Source of the DNA: Capsulimonadaceae bacterium
GTDB lineage: Bacteria > Armatimonadota > Armatimonadia > Armatimonadales > Capsulimonadaceae
Direction: 5' to 3'
Assembly: GCA_965215505.1 (NCBI GenBank)
Contig: OZ244065.1
Location: 2,496,001-2,560,000, forward strand
Length of the DNA stretch: 64,000 nucleotides
Shown here: positions 10,196-19,420 of the stretch, one piece after another
Layout: each line of letters opens with the position of its first letter
Position numbering within the stretch: the first letter of the stretch is position 1
The notes under the pieces: generated by a model
Database searches by the model: none
What the model saw: only the letters and a program-made list of their open reading frames with translations
Told to the model about the DNA's origin: nothing
Made by a program: the position numbers and the translations under genes

Positions 10196-10481
10196 CTTCT
10201 GCGACCTCCACATCCGCGACAGGCGTACCAAAATTTCCCGGCTTGATGATAATCGGCGGCAGGGGATCACCGCGCTGGGTCATCCGGTAGATCACGCCCC
10301 AACTTGCCCCGCGTGGGCCGTTGTCCTCAATCAAGGGCTTCGGCGACAAGAGGGAAGAGATCGCGACCTGTATGATCTCGTCTTCGCCATCAATCCGGGC
10401 GGCGATCATCTCGTGGCCGCAGCGCAGAGCCGCTTTGGCACGCCGAACTCCCTCCACGATCTCATAGGTCATTTCGCCCAT
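10152..10481 (-). CDS. ParB/Sulfiredoxin-like protein, apparently circularly permuted
   Basis: YEIVEGVRRAKAA (GxRR) at the N-terminus and LPPIII near the C-terminus. Confidence 0.55.
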   Translation of the reverse strand: MGEMTYEIVEGVRRAKAALRCGHEMIAARIDGEDEIIQVAISSLLSPKPLIEDNGPRGASWGVIYRMTQRGDPLPPIIIKPGNFGTPVADVEVAEDEPELFRQRYSSDS

Positions 10482-10752
10482 CCTGGACCTTCCGCTGCGC
10501 CGAGGGTCATTCGCCCCAGTATTGGCGTATCAAACCGACCTTTAGTATACCTGAGAATGGCGGCGGGCGGCAAGGGGAGGGAGAAAACTTGGACGCGGGT
10601 GTCGAACAAAGCCCCTGCCGCGTTAGAGGCAAAAATAAAACGGGTATAGGCACATGCGTTCGCTTTTGTGCCTGATGGTCAAGTCGGCGGACGACTAGAG
10701 AGGCTGAACAGTGGGGATAACCCGTTCAGCGGAGCGGTGCCGCTCCGACTAT

Positions 10753-11571
10753 ATGACAAACCCTTTCGAGAGTGAATTGGCCGGCGCGAACAGCGCATAC
10801 TTGAGGTTCCATGATGGGCGGCTGACCCGAGCGGGCAAGACGGAGTGCCCAGCCTCTGACTTCGAGGAGGAGGTACACGCGGAGTTCCGGGCGCGGCTCC
10901 TGGACGCGCGCTTCTCCTGCGTCGGGGCGCGGGCGGCGGTGAACAGCGGCGTATACCGCCTGGGCGTCTATGGTGACATGACCGACAGCGGCGCGCTGGC
11001 GGGGCTGGCGCGGGACCTGTTCACCTTCACCCAGGAGCAGCCAGCCTTAGGCAGCGACTTTACGACGTTCGCGGCGAGCTTCGCCGGGCCAGCGGGGATG
11101 GACGAGGCGGAGTTTGAAGAAAACCTTTGGGCGGTCCTGCAAACGCTGTACGACGTGGACCGGCTGTACAATCCGCCGGACCCGAAGGTGGCGGAAGACC
11201 CCGAGGCCGGCGACTTCGGCTTCAGCTTCGCCGGGCGCGGCTTCTTCGTAATCGGTTTGCACCCGGACTCGTCGCGCCTGGCGCGGCGGTTTCCGTGGCC
11301 GACATTGGTGTTCAACGCCCACGCGCAGTTCGACCGGCTGAAGGCTGACGGGCGCTACCCGAGGATGCAGGCGGCGATCCGGGGGCGCGAGATGGCCTGG
11401 CAGGGGAGCTTGAACCCAAACCTGAGCGATTTCGGCATCCGCTCCGAGGCGCGTCAGTACTCCGGGCGGGCCGTGGAGGAGGACTGGCGTTGCCCGTTCC
11501 ACACGCACGCGGCGAAGCAGGCGGGGGTGCCGGAGCCGGGCGAAGACGAGTGGTTGAAAACCACTCGCTAG
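10753..11571 (+). CDS. YqcI/YcgG family (GntA-like heme-dependent) protein
   Basis: FSCVGARAA; FGFSFAGRGFFVIGLHP.SSR.ARRF..PTLVFN.H.QF; SEARQYSGR...W.CPF. Confidence 0.85.
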   Translation: MTNPFESELAGANSAYLRFHDGRLTRAGKTECPASDFEEEVHAEFRARLLDARFSCVGARAAVNSGVYRLGVYGDMTDSGALAGLARDLFTFTQEQPALGSDFTTFAASFAGPAGMDEAEFEENLWAVLQTLYDVDRLYNPPDPKVAEDPEAGDFGFSFAGRGFFVIGLHPDSSRLARRFPWPTLVFNAHAQFDRLKADGRYPRMQAAIRGREMAWQGSLNPNLSDFGIRSEARQYSGRAVEEDWRCPFHTHAAKQAGVPEPGEDEWLKTTR

Positions 11572-11607
11572 GAAAGGCGTCCTTCGGACGGCGGAAAGAA
11601 GTCAGAC

Positions 11608-12207
11608 ATGGAGCCGATAAGATGCTATCATTTGGAACCACAGACGGGGGTCGGGTTTCGCTTGGACAGGGGGCAGAGGCTGCGGATCATTGACCCGCAG
11701 GGGGAGCAGGTTTCAGACCTCGTCGCCTTCGCGCGGGACGACAAGCGGGAGTGGATGTCATCCGGGCGCTCGATAGATTATGCCAATACGATCTATCTGA
11801 CGAGCGGACATGTCCTGTATTCCAACCGCAGCCGGCCGATGTTCACGCTGCTGGAGGACAAAGTCGGGCGGCACGACTTCCTGCTGACGTCGTGCAGCCC
11901 GGAGACGTTCCAGATCATCTACGGCAACCACGACCCGCACCCGAGCTGCTTCGGCAACCTGTCTAAGAACCTCGCGCCGCTCGGCATACTGCCCGACGAG
12001 ATCCCGACGACGTTCAACGTCTTCATGAACGTCCTGGTCGCGCCCGACGGCGAGCTGACCATCGGGCCGCCGACCTCAAAGGCGGGAGACTATCTGGATC
12101 TGCGGGCCGAAATGGACCTAATCGTGGGGGTGACTGCCTGTTCGGCGGAGATGAGTAACAACTACTCGTTCAAGCCGATTGACGTAGAAGTCTACGCGGG
12201 GGATTAA
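11608..12207 (+). CDS. DUF1989 / urea carboxylase-associated family protein
   Basis: LRIIDPQGEQVSDL; HDFLLTSC; SCFGNL; FNVFMNV; AEMDLIVGVTACS. Confidence 0.9.
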   Translation: MEPIRCYHLEPQTGVGFRLDRGQRLRIIDPQGEQVSDLVAFARDDKREWMSSGRSIDYANTIYLTSGHVLYSNRSRPMFTLLEDKVGRHDFLLTSCSPETFQIIYGNHDPHPSCFGNLSKNLAPLGILPDEIPTTFNVFMNVLVAPDGELTIGPPTSKAGDYLDLRAEMDLIVGVTACSAEMSNNYSFKPIDVEVYAGD

Positions 12208-12282
12208 GAAGGGATTAGGAAAAGGCGCTAGGAATCGGAGGAAGGCGCGGCGAACTACTTCCTGACCCCACCGTCCCAGACG

Positions 12283-13926
12283 GTGGCAGGAGACATCCCT
12301 TCGTTGCGCCTACTCGACAACCGGCCCTTTCTGATTGCCGCACTGCTCGCCGCCTTCACGGCTCTCGTCTATTCGCCGGTGTCCGGTCAGGACTTCGTCC
12401 TGCTGGATGACGCCCGGATGGTCTACGACAATCCGCTTTACAATCCCGTGACTCCGGCCCACCTCCTGCGCCTTTGGGAACACCCTTATCAGGAAGTCTA
12501 CCGCCCCTTGGCCTACAGCTATTGGGCGGCGGTCGCGGCCCTCACCCGCCTCCCCGCGCCCGTGCCGGTGTTCTGCGGCGGCACGACCCGACTCAGCCCG
12601 CACGTCTTTCATCTGGCGAGCCTGCTGTTGCACCTGATCAACACCGTCCTGGCCTTCTTTCTGCTGCGCTTCCTGGTCAGGAAGGACGGGGCGGCGGCGG
12701 CGGGCGCGCTGGTGTTCGCCCTGCACCCGGTTCAGGTGGAGACGGTGGCCTGGATTTCGGCTATGCACGACCTCCTCTGCGGCACGTTCTCCCTGCTCGC
12801 CCTCCGGCAGTACCTCCTCTTCGCGGCCGGCAGGATGCAAGCGGGCAAGGCCGGAGGCGGGCGGCCCGGCTATCTCCTGGCGACCCTCTTCTTTGTGCTG
12901 GCCCTGCTCTCGAAGCCGGAGGCGGTGGCGGTCCCTTTGGCGGCCTGGATTCTGGCCCGGTGGTTTGTAGGTTTCCCCCACCGGAACTGCGCCCGGACCC
13001 TGGGGCCGTGGCTGGCCGTGGCGCTCGTCTGGATTCCCGTCACCGCTTCCCCGGAGACGGGCCGGTCGGCCGGCTTGTTCATCCCCATCTGGGACAGGTT
13101 CCTGGTCGCGGGCGACGCCCTGGCGTTCTACCTGTACAAGCTGGCCCTGCCGATCAACCTCACGGTGAACTATGGCCGAAGCCCGCAGTCCGTGCTGGGG
13201 CACGCCTGGGGCCATCTGACCTGGCTGGTCCCGCTCGCCCTGGGGGCGGTCCTCTGGCGGCTGCGGAAGCGCCTGCCCGAGCTGGCGCCCGCCGCCGGCC
13301 TCTCCCTAGCGTTCGTCCTGCCGACCCTGGGGTTTATCCCGTCCGTCTTCCAGAACTACTCCACGACGGCGGACCGCTACCTTTATCTGGCCCTGCTCGG
13401 GCCGGCCCTGGCGGCGGCCCATCTCCTGTCGCGGCCTCGGGGCAGGATGGTCCTTCCCGTCTGCGCGGCGGCTGTCGCCCTTCTGGCCGGCCTGAGTTTC
13501 GCGCAGACGCTGACTTGGAGCAACGGAGCGACCCTGCTGGAACAGGGGATCAGTGTCGCCCCGGATGTCGGGGGGACGCAGGAGAATTACGGGCTTCTGC
13601 TGGCGCAGCAGGGCAGACTCCCGGAAGCCACGGCGCACTTGCAGCGGGCGCTCCAGCTCGGAATGGACGACGCAGCGACGCACGGCACTCTGGCCCTGCT
13701 GCTGGTCCAGCAGGGCCGGGGCGCGGAGGCGACCGTGCAGCTCCAGGAGGCGGTCCGGCTGTCCCCGAGCGACGTGAACGCCCACCTCAACCTGGCGGGC
13801 CTGCTGGCGCGTCAGGGCAGGGGCGGCGAGGCGATCGCCCAGTACCGGGAGGCGCTGCGTCTGGCCCCGGCGAACGGGGCCGCACGCGCGGGGCTGAGGG
13901 CTTTGCTCGGCACAGGGGGCCACTAA
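12283..13926 (+). CDS. Multi-pass membrane protein with C-terminal TPRs (TMTC-like GT-C glycosyltransferase)
   Basis: FVLLDD, YRPL, FALHPVQVETVAWIS, LLSKP, ADRYLYL motifs; TPR repeats. Confidence 0.85.
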   Translation: MAGDIPSLRLLDNRPFLIAALLAAFTALVYSPVSGQDFVLLDDARMVYDNPLYNPVTPAHLLRLWEHPYQEVYRPLAYSYWAAVAALTRLPAPVPVFCGGTTRLSPHVFHLASLLLHLINTVLAFFLLRFLVRKDGAAAAGALVFALHPVQVETVAWISAMHDLLCGTFSLLALRQYLLFAAGRMQAGKAGGGRPGYLLATLFFVLALLSKPEAVAVPLAAWILARWFVGFPHRNCARTLGPWLAVALVWIPVTASPETGRSAGLFIPIWDRFLVAGDALAFYLYKLALPINLTVNYGRSPQSVLGHAWGHLTWLVPLALGAVLWRLRKRLPELAPAAGLSLAFVLPTLGFIPSVFQNYSTTADRYLYLALLGPALAAAHLLSRPRGRMVLPVCAAAVALLAGLSFAQTLTWSNGATLLEQGISVAPDVGGTQENYGLLLAQQGRLPEATAHLQRALQLGMDDAATHGTLALLLVQQGRGAEATVQLQEAVRLSPSDVNAHLNLAGLLARQGRGGEAIAQYREALRLAPANGAARAGLRALLGTGGH

Positions 13927-13936
13927 ATAACGTCGG

Positions 13937-14329
13937 TCAGCGCAGCGAGGGCTTGGCCGCCCGCCACAGGTCGCAGCAGGCGTGCTGCCAGCCTTGCAGG
14001 TACGCGCGCCAGTCGGCCTCCCCGCTTTCCCGTTCCCCCTCCGCCTCGTCGGTGCGCCGCCACTCCGCCAGGAGCTGCTTGGCGTTGACGGACGGGTAAA
14101 GGGCCGGATCAATCTCGCCCAGGGAGTCGAGTTCCTGGGCGGCCCCTTCGGGCATCTCCTCGGCCAGCATCCGCAACTCCTCCAGGGAGGCCCGCTCGAC
14201 GGCCCAGTTTTCGCCGTCCTGGCGTCCGCGCCGATACCAAAGCTCCTGGACGACGCGCTGCCGCAGCAGGCGCTGGACCAGACGCTGGACCTTGTCGTCG
14301 CCCGCCGTCGCCGTCGTTTTCTCGGTCAT
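13937..14329 (-). CDS. Hypothetical protein
   Basis: GAGGGA RBS before ATG at 14329; has its own consensus promoter; host-like codons. Confidence 0.7.
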   Translation of the reverse strand: MTEKTTATAGDDKVQRLVQRLLRQRVVQELWYRRGRQDGENWAVERASLEELRMLAEEMPEGAAQELDSLGEIDPALYPSVNAKQLLAEWRRTDEAEGERESGEADWRAYLQGWQHACCDLWRAAKPSLR

Positions 14330-14374
14330 GTCTCGTCCCTCTGTCAGCCTGTAGGCTTGAATGCGATTTTCCCC

Positions 14375-14453
14375 ATTATACGCAGTTTGGCAGGAGGCGT
14401 CAAGCCCTTTCAAGTCAAGCACTCTTGCCGCCGGGCGGCGCGCGTGCTATAAT
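14375..14453. promoter_or_regulatory. Divergent sigma70-type promoters
   Basis: Minus strand TTGACG-17-TATAAT (14403-14375); plus strand TTGCCG-17-TATAAT (14425-14453). Confidence 0.65.
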
Positions 14454-14481
14454 GTTGGCAGACATCAAAGGAGACATCAGT

Positions 14482-16122
14482 ATGGCTTTGAAGATCGCGA
14501 TGATCGGGGCAGGCTCGGTCGGATTCACGCGCGGGCTGCTGCGCGACATCCTGTCGGTGCCGGAGCTTACCGACACGCAGTTCGCCTTCCACGACCTGTC
14601 CGACCACAACATGGACATGGTGACCCAGCTCTGCCGCCGGGACATCGCGGCGAACGGGCTTGCCGCCACGGTGACGCCGACGACCGACCGGCGGGAGGCG
14701 CTGGCGGATGCGGATTACGTCCTGTGCATGATCCGGCAGGGCGGGCTGGAGGCGTTCCAGTCGGACATCGACATCCCCCTAAAGTACGGCGTAGACCAGT
14801 GCGTCGGCGACACGCTCTGCGCGGGCGGGCTGATGTATGCCCAGCGGACCATCCCGGCCATGCTGGACTTCTGCCGAGACATCCGGGAGGTGTCGAAGCC
14901 GGGCGCGGTCCTGCTGAACTATTCCAACCCGATGGCGATGAACACCTGGGCCTGCAACAAATACGGCGGGGTCAAGACCATCGGCCTGTGCCACGGGGTG
15001 CAGGGCGCACACTGGCAGATCACCCGCGCCGCCGAGCAGTGGGCGAAGGCGGAGGGGATGCTCGGGCCGGACAAGAAGCTGCACCGGCGGGACGTGGCGG
15101 CCGTCTTCGCGGGCATCAACCACCAGACCTGGTGCGTCCAGGCCGAGTGGAACGGGGTGGACCTGATCCCGAAGATGTACGAGATGATGGCGGCGGTGGA
15201 AGACTTCCGGATTGACGAGAAGGTGCGCCTGGACGTGCTGGAGCGGTTCGGCTACTACAGCACGGAAAGCAACGGGCACTTCTCCGAGTACGTCCCCTGG
15301 TATCGCAAGCGCGTCGGCGACATCCCCGAGTGGATCAGCCTGCGGTCGTGGATCAACGGCGAGACGGGCGGCTACCTGCGGGTCTGCACCGAGGGCCGGA
15401 ACTGGTTCGAGCAGGACTTCCCGAACTGGATGGCGCAGGACCCGCCCAAGTTCACACCCGAGGCGCGGGGCGAGGAACACGGCTCGTACATCATTGAAGC
15501 ATTGGAGACGGGTCGGGTCTACCGGGGCCACTTCAACGTGGTCAACGAGGGCCACATCACGAACCTGCCGGACGGCTGCGTCATCGAGATACCGGGCTAT
15601 GTGGACAAAACGGGGATCAACATGCCGGTCATCGGCGACCTGCCGCTGGCCTGCGCGGCGACGTGTTCGGCCTCGGTCCGCGTGCAGGAGATGGGCATGG
15701 AGGCCGCCGTCAAGGGCGACGTCCTGCTTCTGAAGCAGGCGATGCTGCACGACCCCCTGGTTGGGGCCGTCTGCACCCCCGAAGAGGTCTGGCAGATGAC
15801 CGACGAAATGCTGGTCGCGCAGGCGCAGTGGCTGCCGCAGTATGCGGGCGAGATCGCGGCTGCGGCGCGTCGCCTGGACGCGGCCGTTGCGGACGGGACG
15901 CGGGTCGCCCTGCGCGAGACCGAAGGCGCGGCGCGGGTGCATACGGCGACGGTCGCGGAGATGCAGGAGCGGGCCGCCGAGTCTCGGGCGAACGCGCAGG
16001 CCGCCGACAAGGGCAAGATGACGAAGACGGCGGCGGACGCGGCGCAGGCGGAGACCGGGCAGACGGCGGAGGACGCCGAGACGCCGGAGGAGATGATGCT
16101 GGCGGTGGACGCGGCGGCGTAG
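14482..16122 (+). CDS. melA: Family 4 glycoside hydrolase (alpha-galactosidase/alpha-glucosidase, MelA-like)
   Basis: KIAMIGAGS; LLNYSNP; IGLCHGVQ; GINHQTW; TESNGHFSEYVPW; AAGGAG RBS. Confidence 0.9.
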   Translation: MALKIAMIGAGSVGFTRGLLRDILSVPELTDTQFAFHDLSDHNMDMVTQLCRRDIAANGLAATVTPTTDRREALADADYVLCMIRQGGLEAFQSDIDIPLKYGVDQCVGDTLCAGGLMYAQRTIPAMLDFCRDIREVSKPGAVLLNYSNPMAMNTWACNKYGGVKTIGLCHGVQGAHWQITRAAEQWAKAEGMLGPDKKLHRRDVAAVFAGINHQTWCVQAEWNGVDLIPKMYEMMAAVEDFRIDEKVRLDVLERFGYYSTESNGHFSEYVPWYRKRVGDIPEWISLRSWINGETGGYLRVCTEGRNWFEQDFPNWMAQDPPKFTPEARGEEHGSYIIEALETGRVYRGHFNVVNEGHITNLPDGCVIEIPGYVDKTGINMPVIGDLPLACAATCSASVRVQEMGMEAAVKGDVLLLKQAMLHDPLVGAVCTPEEVWQMTDEMLVAQAQWLPQYAGEIAAAARRLDAAVADGTRVALRETEGAARVHTATVAEMQERAAESRANAQAADKGKMTKTAADAAQAETGQTAEDAETPEEMMLAVDAAA

Positions 16123-16126
16123 GAAG

Positions 16127-16222
16127 ACCCGGCCCTGAAGGGCCGGGCTGCTCGTGAGTGAAAGCCCCTCCGGGGCTGGGGAGAAGCCACGACGGGCCGC
16201 CCTCAGCTCTGGAGGGGCTTTA
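16127..16222. repeat. Cluster of REP-like palindromes between convergent genes
   Basis: cccggccctgaagggccggg; aaagcccctccggggct; imperfect inverted copy agctctggaggggcttt. Confidence 0.6.
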
Positions 16223-17018
16223 TGTCTTGTCGGCCGGCCTCAAGTGCGTACCGGATGAAGTCGAGCGTGCGCGCCGTGTCGCCGGGGTCGGCGGGCTGGC
16301 GGACTTTAGAAGACGGGTCCGGGCGCTCGTTCCAGGCGCACCCGATCAGCCCGGCCCATTGGTCATCCAGCGCCTCTTTGGCCCACTGCGCCCCGGCGAG
16401 CTTTGATCTGATGGTGCCGGTGTGGAGCGTGTGCAGCATCCGGCAGTAGCTCAGGACCGCGAACGGCTGCGCCCACCGGTTTTCGAGTCGGTAACGGCCA
16501 TCGAGGATCTCCGCTCCCCATTCCCGCATCGTCCCCAAGACTTCGCGCCGCAGGTCTTCGGCGGTCACAGAGTCGATGAGCGTCTTAGCATCCGGCCCGG
16601 CCAGGGTAATCCCGTGCTCCCGCGTGACCCAGCGGACGACCAGGGTGTCATCATGGCTGGACCGGACAAGCACCTTGCTGGTGTTGTCCAGATACCAGGG
16701 CTGCGCGCCTGCCGGGTCGAGTCGTCTCAGCGCGGCCTCCGGGAAATAGGAGCCTTCCAGGTGCTTCGCCCAGGGGGACGGAAGATCGTAAATCCTGGCG
16801 TGGACCGCTTGCAGTCCCGCCAGTTGGGCGTCGGTGAGTTCCGCGCGAACCGCCACCAGGAAGTCTACGTCGCTGTCTTCGTCGAAATCCCCGACCGCGA
16901 AGGAGCCTTGCAGGTAAGCCGCGGTGAGGTCCGCGCCGAGGGCGGCCCGAACGCCGTCCAGCCACTCGGACAGGACGGCGTTCAACTCTGGAAAGGGTGT
17001 CGGGGATGGCGTCAGCAT
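16203..17018 (-). CDS. Nucleotidyltransferase with DUF4111 (aminoglycoside adenylyltransferase-like)
   Basis: YLQGSFAVGDFDEDSDVDF (GS..DxD); C-terminal VLSYCRMLHTL..G.I.SK..GA.WA. Confidence 0.8.
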   Translation of the reverse strand: MLTPSPTPFPELNAVLSEWLDGVRAALGADLTAAYLQGSFAVGDFDEDSDVDFLVAVRAELTDAQLAGLQAVHARIYDLPSPWAKHLEGSYFPEAALRRLDPAGAQPWYLDNTSKVLVRSSHDDTLVVRWVTREHGITLAGPDAKTLIDSVTAEDLRREVLGTMREWGAEILDGRYRLENRWAQPFAVLSYCRMLHTLHTGTIRSKLAGAQWAKEALDDQWAGLIGCAWNERPDPSSKVRQPADPGDTARTLDFIRYALEAGRQDIKPLQS

Positions 17019-17025
17019 CGGGGCC

Positions 17026-18156
17026 TCACTCCTGCCCCTTCGCCGCCTGCCAGACCGTCTCCATCTCCTCTAAACTCAAATCGGAGACGGCGCGGCCCGT
17101 GTCGGCGGCGTGGCGCTCGATGTGTCGGAAGCGGGCGGCGAAGCGGAGGGTCATGCGGCGCAGGGCGTCCTCGGGGTCTATCTTGAGGTGCCGGGCGACG
17201 TTGACGAGGGTGAACAGTAGGTCGCCCAGCTCGTCGGCGGCGCGGGCGGTCTCGCCGCGCGCGATTTCGGCGCGCAGCTCGGCGATCTCCTCCTCGACTT
17301 TATCCAGGACTTCATTCACCGTCGGCCACTCGAAGCCGACCTTGACGACGCGCTTGGAGACCTCCAAAGCGCGCATCAAGGCGGGCAGGGCAGGCGGGAT
17401 GCCGTCCAGGACGCCCACGCGGTCCTCGTAGCCGGGTTCGCCGCGCTTGATCTGCTCCCAGTTTTTTAGCACCTCGTCCTCGCCAGTGACGGAGAGGGTG
17501 CCGAAGACGTGCGGGTGGCGGCGGATCAGCTTCTCCACGATGGCGCGGGTGACGTCCCCGACGGCGAACGCGCCGGATTCGCGGGCGAGCTGGGCGTGGA
17601 AGACGACCTGGAGCAGCAGGTCGCCGAGTTCCTCGGCCAGTTTGGTGGGGCTGCCGCCGTCAATGGCCTCGACGACCTCATACGCCTCCTCGATGACGTA
17701 CTTTCGGAGGGTCAAGGGCGTCTGGGCCAGGTCCCAGGGGCAGCCGCCGTCGGGGTCGCGCAGGCGGGCCATGACGGCGAGCAGGGCGCCGAAGTCGGCG
17801 GGCGAGGGGGCCGGGGGCGGAGCGGGGGCAAAGACGCGCAGGGGAATCCCCTCGCGCCGGACGGCTTCGGCCAGGAGGAGGCCCAAAGGGTCGCCCAGAA
17901 GGGGATGGCCGGGCAGGACGCAGGCGGCCTCGCCCGCGCGGGCGGCGTCCAGGATGAGGGCAGCGGCCTCGGCGTCGGGTAGGCCGTCCGGGGCGGCGTC
18001 AAAGGCGACGCCGCCCCCGGCTTGGAGCCAGAGGGCGGCGGGGTGCGAGGCCGCCCGGCTGAACCGGGGGCCGGGGACGTTTCGGAGGGCGTCCCAGGCT
18101 CCCAGGCTCAGCCCGTCACGGGTACCCGGAGGCCCCAGGCCGATCAGGGTCAGCAT
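17026..18156 (-). CDS. mazG: Nucleoside triphosphate pyrophosphohydrolase MazG (YabN-like, degenerate methylase-like N-terminus)
   Basis: LRDPDGGCPWDLAQT; EEAYEV; EELGDLLLQVVFH; KLIRRHPHVF; second ELGDLLF. Confidence 0.92.
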   Translation of the reverse strand: MLTLIGLGPPGTRDGLSLGAWDALRNVPGPRFSRAASHPAALWLQAGGGVAFDAAPDGLPDAEAAALILDAARAGEAACVLPGHPLLGDPLGLLLAEAVRREGIPLRVFAPAPPPAPSPADFGALLAVMARLRDPDGGCPWDLAQTPLTLRKYVIEEAYEVVEAIDGGSPTKLAEELGDLLLQVVFHAQLARESGAFAVGDVTRAIVEKLIRRHPHVFGTLSVTGEDEVLKNWEQIKRGEPGYEDRVGVLDGIPPALPALMRALEVSKRVVKVGFEWPTVNEVLDKVEEEIAELRAEIARGETARAADELGDLLFTLVNVARHLKIDPEDALRRMTLRFAARFRHIERHAADTGRAVSDLSLEEMETVWQAAKGQE

Positions 18157-18181
18157 TCGTGCGTCTTCCCTTCCGGTGTCC

Positions 18182-19315
18182 TTACGGGTGGCCCGGCGCG
18201 AAAGGCGAGGCACCGCCGCCTGACGGCGGGGCCGGGGCCGGCTGCGTGAGCTGCTGGGCGAGCGTGGCGTACTGCGGTTCGTCGGCGGGGATGTTGATCT
18301 TGACGCCGCTCTGGAAGTCGCGCAGGGACTGCTGGAGCGTCTGCTGGATGTTTGGGTCGGCCTTGACCTTCTCCTGGAGCATCTGGGCGCGGACGAACTC
18401 CTTCACCTGGTCGAGTGTCAAGGTTTCCTTGCTCTTCTTGTCAACGACCTTGACCAGCCAGTAGGTGGGGCGGGCACCGGGTCCCTGTCCGGGCACGGTG
18501 AGGGGGGCAGTCACCGCGCCGACTTTGGCGTCCGCGATGGGCTTGATGACGGCGGCCAGGGCGGGCGGGATGGGGTCCAGGGGGACCCAGGTCGGGAAGT
18601 CGCCGTCGGGCGTGGATTTGTCCAGCGACTGCGACACCTGACTCTCGAAGGACTTGCCGCCCGAGATGGCCTTGGAGATCGCCTGCGCTTCGGGCAGGGT
18701 GCCGACGACGATCTTCTTGATGTGGACGCGCGCGGCGGTGGTGAAGGGCGGGGCGTCCTTGTGCGCGTTGTAGTAGGTCTGGACGTCGGCGTCGGAGACG
18801 GTCTGGCCCTTGGTCGCCAGCTTGAGCTGGGTGATCTGGGGCCGGAGCTGGAGTTGCTTGACCAGGTCGGCATTCAGGCCGGCGTCTTTGAGGGCCTCGT
18901 CGAAAGGCTTGACGATCTGGGTCTGCTTGATCGCCTTGAAGGCGTCGTACTGCCCGTTGATCTCCGCGTCGGTGGGGGCGACGCCCTGGTCCTGGGCCAA
19001 GCCCTCCAACATCAGGTTTTGCAGCATCTGCCCGAGGACGACCCGGCCCGCCTGCTGGCCGAGCGGGGCGAACTGCTGCGCGCTGGGGTTAGGCACATAC
19101 CCCTGGAGCTGTGTGTAGAACTGGGACTGGCTAATGGAAAGGGTGTTACTTTTCGGCGTCGTGATCGTCGCCACGGCTCCAGTGCTGCCGGTGGGACTGG
19201 TGATGGAGCCGCCACCGCCGCCATCGGTCGCCGAGTGGTTGCAGCCGGCCAGGGTGAGGGTGGATAGGACGGCCAGGGAGGTGAGCCGCGCCGCGCCGCG
19301 TCGTGTCAATTGCAT
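18182..19315 (-). CDS. PrsA/SurA-like peptidyl-prolyl isomerase lipoprotein
   Basis: LAGC lipobox; SurA-N-like helices; parvulin-like VHIKKIVV...SLDKST..GD. Confidence 0.8.
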   Translation of the reverse strand: MQLTRRGAARLTSLAVLSTLTLAGCNHSATDGGGGGSITSPTGSTGAVATITTPKSNTLSISQSQFYTQLQGYVPNPSAQQFAPLGQQAGRVVLGQMLQNLMLEGLAQDQGVAPTDAEINGQYDAFKAIKQTQIVKPFDEALKDAGLNADLVKQLQLRPQITQLKLATKGQTVSDADVQTYYNAHKDAPPFTTAARVHIKKIVVGTLPEAQAISKAISGGKSFESQVSQSLDKSTPDGDFPTWVPLDPIPPALAAVIKPIADAKVGAVTAPLTVPGQGPGARPTYWLVKVVDKKSKETLTLDQVKEFVRAQMLQEKVKADPNIQQTLQQSLRDFQSGVKINIPADEPQYATLAQQLTQPAPAPPSGGGASPFAPGHP

Positions 19316-19357
19316 GATGGTTAAGAAGCTCCTTTGGATTGCGAAACAGGTTATAGC

Positions 19358-19410
19358 GATCGGTTCAGTGTAGATCGGTTCAGTGTAGATCGGTTCAGTG
19401 TAGATCGGTT
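19358..19410. repeat. 15-bp tandem repeat (GATCGGTTCAGTGTA x3.5), intergenic
   Basis: Perfect copies seen directly. Confidence 0.92.
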
Positions 19411-19420
19411 TGGTATGGCG

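Noticed and set aside
10482-10752. Guanidine riboswitch ahead of the YqcI/DUF1989 pair
   Set aside because: No ykkC or mini-ykkC consensus recognised by eye; an Rfam scan would be needed.
16203-17018. Aminoglycoside resistance gene
   Set aside because: Only fold-level similarity to AadA-type enzymes; the substrate cannot be inferred.
19358-19410. Possible CRISPR array
   Set aside because: Repeats are contiguous with no spacers, and no cas genes are present.
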